Shown in pieces: positions 18,515 through 24,082 of a DNA stretch of 64,000 nucleotides. This stretch comes from Gammaproteobacteria bacterium (lineage in GTDB: Bacteria; Pseudomonadota; Gammaproteobacteria; Steroidobacterales; GCA-2729495). The number at the start of each line of letters is the position of its first letter. Positions within the stretch are counted from its first letter, which is position 1. The position numbers and the translations under genes were made by a program. The notes under the pieces were generated by a model that saw only the letters and a list, made by a program, of their open reading frames with translations, had not been told where the DNA came from and ran no database searches. The stretch is taken from contig JBBQSA010000015.1 in the NCBI GenBank assembly GCA_038214295.1, positions 174-64,173 of the forward strand, read 5' to 3'.

Positions 18515-19573
18515 CTCCCGCCGCGCGGGGCACGGGATCGCATAGGCCACGTCGCCCACCTTGTCCCGCAGGGCCCTCATGTCGACGCGCCAGCCGCGGC
18601 TCTCCCACTCCTTGCAGTGCTCACGGTAACGGAACACCGCGTGGTCGCTGGGCAGCAGGATTTCCTTGTTGTTGGTGTCCGGGGTACGCACGGGGTTCAG
18701 GTTCTCGAGGATCCCGATGTCCTCGTGCACGACGCGCATGGTCAGGTCTTCGATACGCTGGTCGTGCTTGTCCTCCATCAGCCAGTTGCGAAGGTTGAGG
18801 AAGAATATCCGGGTGTGGTTCTCATCGATGGGCTGCTCGAACAGGTACTGGTGGAAGGCGTTGGTAGCCGTCAGCTCGATCCAGGTCACCAGCTGGTTCG
18901 GGCCCTGGTACCAGGACCCGGCCTTGCCGGTGCGTTCGCCGGTGCGATCATTCGCGAGCGTCGTGTCGGGCTTCTTGTCGCCGAAGGGCAGGAAGAACTT
19001 GGCGCCCCAGGGAATATCCGACATCGGCGTCTGGTTGCGCTGGATCTCGAGATCCATCTTCGGGGCGCCCTGCAGCGGATGGACGAACTCGTTGTGGATC
19101 GGGTCCATGCCGTTTTCCATGGACCGCTGGTAGTAGGCGTTCAGGTTCAGGACGTAGGTCTGGCACTTCCAGCCCGACTGGCCATACTCAGGCACATCGT
19201 AGAGCGGCGGGCGCTCGGCCTCCGGCAGGTCGCCGAGGAAGGCAAACACGATCCCGTACTTCTCCTGGACGGGGTAGGCGTCGACCTTGGCCCGGGCGGG
19301 AACCTTCCCGTCATCGCCGAGGGACGGCACCTTGGCGCACTTGCCATCACCGCCATAGGCCCAGCCGTGATAGGGGCAGACCACGTTGCCGCCCTTGATC
19401 CAGCCCTTGCTCAGGGAACCCCCGCGGTGCACGCAGGTGTCCGACACGACCCGCGCCTGCCCCGACTCGTCCCGGAAGGCGACGAAGGGCAGGCCAAAGA
19501 CCTGGGCGCGAAACGGCTTTTCCGCCGTGATTTCGGTTGCCAGGCCGATGGGATACCAGAAATTGATAAACAT
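18437..19573 (-). CDS. Rieske [2Fe-2S] non-heme-iron oxygenase, alpha-subunit type (paralog 1)
   Basis: The ATG at 19573 gives MFINFWYPIG.... Rieske motif: CVHRGGSL...CPYHGWAY. Catalytic-domain DPIHNEFVHP. About half the positions are identical by eye to the ORF at 42935-44074. Confidence 0.85.
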   Translation of the reverse strand: MFINFWYPIGLATEITAEKPFRAQVFGLPFVAFRDESGQARVVSDTCVHRGGSLSKGWIKGGNVVCPYHGWAYGGDGKCAKVPSLGDDGKVPARAKVDAYPVQEKYGIVFAFLGDLPEAERPPLYDVPEYGQSGWKCQTYVLNLNAYYQRSMENGMDPIHNEFVHPLQGAPKMDLEIQRNQTPMSDIPWGAKFFLPFGDKKPDTTLANDRTGERTGKAGSWYQGPNQLVTWIELTATNAFHQYLFEQPIDENHTRIFFLNLRNWLMEDKHDQRIEDLTMRVVHEDIGILENLNPVRTPDTNNKEILLPSDHAVFRYREHCKEWESRGWRVDMRALRDKVGDVAYAIPCPARRESGNWVLDTVPLVPAAAAATKAARSA

Positions 19574-19736
19574 GCTCGTGCTCCAGAGAATATGGGGCGG
19601 CTGTCCGCCAGCAATGCTACCCCGTTCCAGGGCCGCCGAGGCCACATCATGACCCCAAGAGCCTCCCCGACGGGTCCGTGAAACTACTTACGACCGCGCT
19701 GCGAAAAGCCCTTTCAGGACTCGCAGGACAGCGGCT

Positions 19737-20519
19737 GTGACAAATAACCTCACCCCCCTCCTTCGCCCCCTGGGGTTGACCGGATGCCTGCTGACGCTGC
19801 TTGGCGCCGGCCTGGCGGGCGCCGGGACCGCACTTCCGGAAACCGCTTTCGAGCCCCAGCGCACCCGCATCGAGGAGGCCTTCAGGGACCGGGACCTCGC
19901 TGGCATCGAGACGGCCAGGGCCGACCTCCTCCGCCTCTCGGCGGCACCCGGCCGCTCCCCGGCGGAGGCCCGGGGTGCGGCCTATTACGCGGCCTACGCC
20001 CGCTTCCGGCAGGCCCTGGCCGCCGACGCGGACCGGGCGTCGGCGCGCGCCTACCTGGAAGACTGCATCGTCGAACTCCGGGACGTGGTGGGTCAGCAAC
20101 CGGAACTCGCGGAGGCCCGGGCGCTGCTCGGCTCCTGCTACGGCATGAGCACGCTTTACGGGGTACTGGCCACGGTCACCCGGGGCCTCGAGGCGCGCCG
20201 GCAGATGGCCGAAGCCCGGCGCCTGGCGCCGGACAACCCCTGGGTCGTGATGCAGGACGGGCTGGCGGACTGGGCGACCCCGCGCCTCTTCGGCGGCGAC
20301 CGGGGACTGGCCGTGACCAAGCTGGAACGGGCGGCCGGGCTATTCACCACAGCTATGGCCGCGGGGTCCCGCCTGGCGGCCTTTGGTGCCGCCGAGGCCT
20401 GGCAACAGCTCGGTCTCCGCTACCGGGAACTCGGCCGGCCGGCAGCGGCGGAACTCGCCTTCAGCCGGGCCGACGCGCTGGTCCGGCGGCGCATCCAGGT
20501 CGCCAGCAACGGGCCCTGA
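19737..20519 (+). CDS. Hypothetical exported helical-repeat (TPR-like) protein
   Basis: 260-aa ORF with a GTG start and the hydrophobic leader LGLTGCLLTLLGAGLAGAG. Ala/Arg-rich helical repeats. No family recognised. Confidence 0.4.
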   Translation: MTNNLTPLLRPLGLTGCLLTLLGAGLAGAGTALPETAFEPQRTRIEEAFRDRDLAGIETARADLLRLSAAPGRSPAEARGAAYYAAYARFRQALAADADRASARAYLEDCIVELRDVVGQQPELAEARALLGSCYGMSTLYGVLATVTRGLEARRQMAEARRLAPDNPWVVMQDGLADWATPRLFGGDRGLAVTKLERAAGLFTTAMAAGSRLAAFGAAEAWQQLGLRYRELGRPAAAELAFSRADALVRRRIQVASNGP

Positions 20520-20562
20520 GCCCAGGCCCCGGAAAAGCCACACGCCCCGGAAGACCGCGGCC

Positions 20563-21558
20563 TCAGCGGTAGCGCAGGCGCTTGCAGATCCGCACCTCGC
20601 ACTGGCCACACTTCGGCACCGTTCCACACAGGTCCCCGTGGTCCTGCGCGGTGAACAGGCTGAACAGGTTCGCCACCAGGCGCGGATCAAGCGCCGCGTG
20701 CTCGGCCCAGTTCCAGACGAGCACATCCGCCTCCCCGGGACTGAGGGGCGTGTGCGAGAGCCCGAAGCGGCCAGGCCCCGCCAACCGGGCCAGGAGGTCG
20801 GTGGCGGCGACCTTTGGCTTGACCGGCCCGTCACCCGCCTTCGCGAGCGCCGCGTCCACATCAATCTTGTTGCGCCGGAAGGTGGCGCGCACCTGCTCCA
20901 CGAGTTCCGCCGGGTGGGAATGCGCACGATTGCGCCGCAGCCAGTAGTAGGCCTGGGTCATCCCGCCGCCCACCAGGTCCGGCAGGTCCTCGAATTCCTC
21001 CCGGCAAAAAAAGCGCTCCTGCAGCTCCGGCGCGAAGAACTCGAGGATCTCCTGGCGGCTCACCCGCGACGGGCCCATCCGGCCGCTCGGCTGACCCGGG
21101 TACCGGGGATGCCAGTGCAGCAACACGAAGTCCCCGTCCTCGGCGATGGCGGAGAGGACCCGCTGGCGGTAGGCAGCGTGGCGCACCACGTCCATGTTAT
21201 GCAGCAGGCCGTGATCCAGCACGAGGTCGAAGGGCTCGGGGACCACCCACTCCGCGATGTCCGCCTCGACCGGCCGGACGGTGACGCCGGCCTGCTGCGC
21301 CCGGGCCTGCGTGTACTCCAGCGCCTTCGGCATGAAATCGAGCGAGGTGACGTCCCAGCCCTTCTTCGCCAGGTAAACGGAGTCCGTACCGGCGCCGCAG
21401 CCGATGTCGAGCGCCCGGCCCGGCTTGCGCCGCTCGCAGATCTCGGCGAGGAACACCGTGGGATCCTCGTGGGCCCAGGGCAGGTCCTGCCAGCTCTTTG
21501 CCCAGTCGTAGGTGGCGAAGAAGGTGTTCTTTTCGTGGGTGGTCGGGGAAGTGATCAT
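20563..21558 (-). CDS. Class I SAM-dependent methyltransferase with ~130-aa C-terminal extension ending in a Cys cluster
   Basis: The ATG at 21558 (ATGA overlap with the upstream stop) gives 331 aa. SAM motif I: RALDIGCGAGTDSVYLAKKG. Extension ends ...DLCGTVPKCGQCEVRICKRLRYR. The upstream part of the 458-aa track ORF is shadow. Confidence 0.75.
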   Translation of the reverse strand: MITSPTTHEKNTFFATYDWAKSWQDLPWAHEDPTVFLAEICERRKPGRALDIGCGAGTDSVYLAKKGWDVTSLDFMPKALEYTQARAQQAGVTVRPVEADIAEWVVPEPFDLVLDHGLLHNMDVVRHAAYRQRVLSAIAEDGDFVLLHWHPRYPGQPSGRMGPSRVSRQEILEFFAPELQERFFCREEFEDLPDLVGGGMTQAYYWLRRNRAHSHPAELVEQVRATFRRNKIDVDAALAKAGDGPVKPKVAATDLLARLAGPGRFGLSHTPLSPGEADVLVWNWAEHAALDPRLVANLFSLFTAQDHGDLCGTVPKCGQCEVRICKRLRYR

Positions 21559-22649
21559 GTGCTGGTACTCCTGGCACGGGGGCCGACGATGTTCATTATG
21601 CGGGCCGCTGGCCCGTTGGTCCTGCCGCTCCGCCACTTCGCCTCGTAGCCCAGGCCGAGGCGCAGCAGCCGCTCGAGCAGCGCCCCGTACGGCAGGCCGC
21701 CGTTGGCGGCCGACTCGGCAAAGTCCTCGTCCTTGCTGAGGTTCGGGTTGCAGTTGGCCTCCAGCAGGTACACCCGCCCGTCGGGACGCAGGCGAAAATC
21801 CATGCGTGCGTAGCCGCTGAGGTGCAGGGCGCGGTAGATGCGCTTGCTGAAGCGGCGTAACTGTTCCTCCGCACCCGGACCGAGCCTGCCCGCCTTGCCC
21901 GTGCGGATGCCGTGCTTTTGCTGGTACTTGCGATCCCATTTCACCTTGCGGGTGGCGATGCCGGCCATCACGTCCGGCAGGGTGCCGAAATCCATCTCCC
22001 AGACCGGGTGGGTGGTCAGCCGCTCGTTGCCATCCACGGCGACGTAGAGTTCCCGGCCCTCGATGTACTCCTCGACCAGGGCGTCGGTCCGGGTGTGTTC
22101 GTGGATGAAGTCGATGCGTTCCTTGAGGCGCGCCCGGTCCTCCACGATCGACGCCTGGGAAATGCCGAGCGACGCGTCCTCGGTGGCTGACTTCACGAAC
22201 AGCGGGTAGCTGAGCTTCTGCGACAGCTGGTAGCGGCGCCCGCGGCGGAACAGCGCGAATCGCGGCGTCGGAATCCGGTGGAAGGCCAGCACCTGCTTGG
22301 AGAGGACCTTGTCACGAGACAGCATCATGCCGCGGGGATTGCAGCCGGTGTAGGGCTGCCGCATCAGCTCCAGGTACGCCACGATGTGCTGGTCGTAGGA
22401 GACGACGCCCTGGAATTCCTGCAGGAGATTGAACGCCACCTCGGGCTGCCACTCGACGATCCGCGTACGCAGTTCCGCCAGGTTGTCGTAGAGCCCCAGC
22501 ACCTGCACGTTGTGCCCCGCCTCCCGCAGCCAGGACATCACGTCGTATTCCGTCTGCCACTCACTGATCTGCTGCTCGCTGCAACCGGCCAGGCTGGCCG
22601 GGGGCACGAGGCTCTCGTGCGTCAGGATCAGGACCCGGCGCTTCCTCAC
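21555..22649 (-). CDS. ATP-grasp enzyme of the D-Ala-D-Ala-ligase-like family
   Basis: GTG at 22649 (GTGA overlap with the upstream stop). Ddl-like pattern: VLILTHE.., RDKVLSKQVLAFHRIPTPRF, YPLFVKSATEDASLGIS, VEEYIEGRELYV, ARMDFRL..DGRVYLLEANCNPNL. Confidence 0.8.
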   Translation of the reverse strand: MRKRRVLILTHESLVPPASLAGCSEQQISEWQTEYDVMSWLREAGHNVQVLGLYDNLAELRTRIVEWQPEVAFNLLQEFQGVVSYDQHIVAYLELMRQPYTGCNPRGMMLSRDKVLSKQVLAFHRIPTPRFALFRRGRRYQLSQKLSYPLFVKSATEDASLGISQASIVEDRARLKERIDFIHEHTRTDALVEEYIEGRELYVAVDGNERLTTHPVWEMDFGTLPDVMAGIATRKVKWDRKYQQKHGIRTGKAGRLGPGAEEQLRRFSKRIYRALHLSGYARMDFRLRPDGRVYLLEANCNPNLSKDEDFAESAANGGLPYGALLERLLRLGLGYEAKWRSGRTNGPAARIMNIVGPRARSTST

Positions 22650-23677
22650 AGGGCGTAGCGCTCCCGGCCGCGGCGCACGAAATCGAAGAGGATGTGCTCC
22701 AGCAGGCCGAGCGCCTCCCGCTTGGTCAAGCGCAGCGGCTGGTTGACGCACAGCTCCAGGTCCCGGCAGCGACGGATCACCAGGCGCAGGACGTGGCTCA
22801 CGAGGTACGGGTGCAACCGGCAGCGGCGCACAAGCAGACGGCGCAGCTCGGGCCGGACCTGGCGCAGGAAGGCCGCGGCGGACTGCCGGCCGGGGGTTCC
22901 GTCCGGCGGCGCAAAGACCCTCCGCAGGCGGCGGTCGTACCGCCGCGTCTCGCTGCGGTCAGGGCTGTTCAGCTTGGCGGCGTAGTGCTCCCGGAGGGTG
23001 TCGCTGTTCCTGCCCAGCGGCTCGACTTGCGCACTGCGACGTACCGGGGCCGGCTCGGCACGGATCTCGACCATCAGGTCGTCGACGAAGCGGAGCTTGC
23101 GCACCGCGTGCCACTGCTCATAGTCGGTGCGCCAGGTGGAGTTGGGCGCCAGCCAGACGGCGAAGGTCTCGGCAAAATCCTCTGTGGGGTGGCTCTGGGC
23201 ATACCAGTGGCCAAGGTGCATGACAAAGTCGCGGCTCGTCGTACGCGGGGTATAGCGGCTCGGGTAGGGCCGGGATGCCGGGCCAAACACCTGGCGCCAG
23301 CGCCTGCGCCGGCGCAGGCGGTAGGCATTGTCGATGGCGTGGCCGGCTTCATGGCGAAGGATCCGCTGCAGCCAGCGGGCATTACCCCCCTCCACCTCGT
23401 GCATCTGGCGGCGCTCCAGGGCAGCGAGGCGCGGGTGCGCCAGGTAGAACGGGATCGCGAAACCCGGGACGCCGTCAGGACAGAACCACTCGACCGACAG
23501 CCACACGTGGGGCCGGAAACGGAAGCCGCGCTTGCCCAGTTCGCCGTAGAGCCGGTCGACGGCAGGCGCCAGGGGGCTGCCGGCGAGCTTCAGTCCCAGG
23601 TCCCGGAAACGCAGGTCAAGGAGCGCCTCGTCATCCAGTCCGGCCCACCAGGGCGGCGTGGCGGTAAATGGGGGCAT
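22646..23677 (-). CDS. Putative zinc-binding metallopeptidase-like protein (HExxH)
   Basis: 343 aa with ATG at 23677. HExxH in RILRHEAGHAIDNAY, followed by HPTEDFAETFAVWL. From memory it resembles the 'putative zinc-binding metallo-peptidase' family often found next to ATP-grasp genes. Confidence 0.6.
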   Translation of the reverse strand: MPPFTATPPWWAGLDDEALLDLRFRDLGLKLAGSPLAPAVDRLYGELGKRGFRFRPHVWLSVEWFCPDGVPGFAIPFYLAHPRLAALERRQMHEVEGGNARWLQRILRHEAGHAIDNAYRLRRRRRWRQVFGPASRPYPSRYTPRTTSRDFVMHLGHWYAQSHPTEDFAETFAVWLAPNSTWRTDYEQWHAVRKLRFVDDLMVEIRAEPAPVRRSAQVEPLGRNSDTLREHYAAKLNSPDRSETRRYDRRLRRVFAPPDGTPGRQSAAAFLRQVRPELRRLLVRRCRLHPYLVSHVLRLVIRRCRDLELCVNQPLRLTKREALGLLEHILFDFVRRGRERYAL

Positions 23678-23690
23678 GTCCCCATTTACC
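23663..23690 (-). promoter_or_regulatory. 11-bp perfect hairpin enclosing the SD and start codon of the metallopeptidase-like gene
   Basis: Arms ggtaaatgggg (23663-23673) and ccccatttacc (23680-23690) with the 6-nt loop gcatgt. On the mRNA this reads GGUAAAUGGGG-ACAUGC-CCCCAUUUACC, so the AUG (23677-23675) sits in the loop and the G-rich SD in the stem. Confidence 0.6.
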
Positions 23691-23708
23691 GCACCAGCCC
23701 TGAAAAGA

Positions 23709-23734
23709 GAAGGGCCGCATTGCTGCGGCCCTTC
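23709..23734 (-). terminator. Intrinsic terminator/attenuator hairpin in the leader of the peptidase/ATP-grasp/methyltransferase operon
   Basis: 10-bp stem gaagggccgc / gcggcccttc with a 6-nt loop. On the minus strand it is followed by UCUCUUUUC. It lies 32 nt upstream of the 23677 start codon. Confidence 0.6.
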
Positions 23735-23837
23735 GTGAGATCGGGTGTCCCCAATCCCTTGCTTGGCGAGCCCTTCTGGCGGGGCCGCGCTCGAGCCTCT
23801 CAGATGGCAGGGGTTACCAGATTGCCACCAGGCGCCA

Positions 23838-23924
23838 CTAGCCCAGAAACGGATCCAAGGTCTGGTGCAGCGTCAGGCCGAGACACGAAGGGTGGATGGA
23901 CACCGCGAGAATCTCACTAGACAT
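23838..23924 (-). CDS. 28-codon small ORF (leader peptide or small peptide) behind an extended perfect Shine-Dalgarno
   Basis: Not in the track (below 60 aa). The minus strand reads AAGGAGGTGATCCA-ATG TCT AGT ... GGC TAG, giving MSSEILAVSIHPSCLGLTLHQTLDPFLG. SD core to ATG spacing is 7 nt. Whether it is translated is untested. Confidence 0.35.
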   Translation of the reverse strand: MSSEILAVSIHPSCLGLTLHQTLDPFLG

Positions 23925-24082
23925 TGGATCACCTCCTTTATACCGGGCCTTAAGCCCCTGGGAACGACAGCCTGAGTATCCAGCGATACCCGGAAAAATC
24001 CAAGATGCACCGCACACAATTCAACTCACTGGCTGGACCTGCCGGGAGGTGTGCTAGTCTCAAAAGAGGGGTAAAAAAAACT

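Noticed and set aside
23924-23938. 16S rRNA gene fragment
   Set aside because: Only 15 nt match the 16S 3' terminus. The flanking sequence has no rRNA, ITS or tRNA similarity. I interpret it as the complement of an extended SD (reported as a finding).
23740-24082. Cobalamin (or other known) riboswitch in the 5' UTR of the TonB-dependent receptor, or SAH/ykkC/glycine-type elements on the minus strand
   Set aside because: I looked for the B12 box and the GGTG..AATCC / GCCACTG cores. Only loose fragments (gccact, ggtggcaatctgg) are present, and they are on inconsistent strands. I could not match any class by eye. An Infernal/Rfam scan would be decisive.
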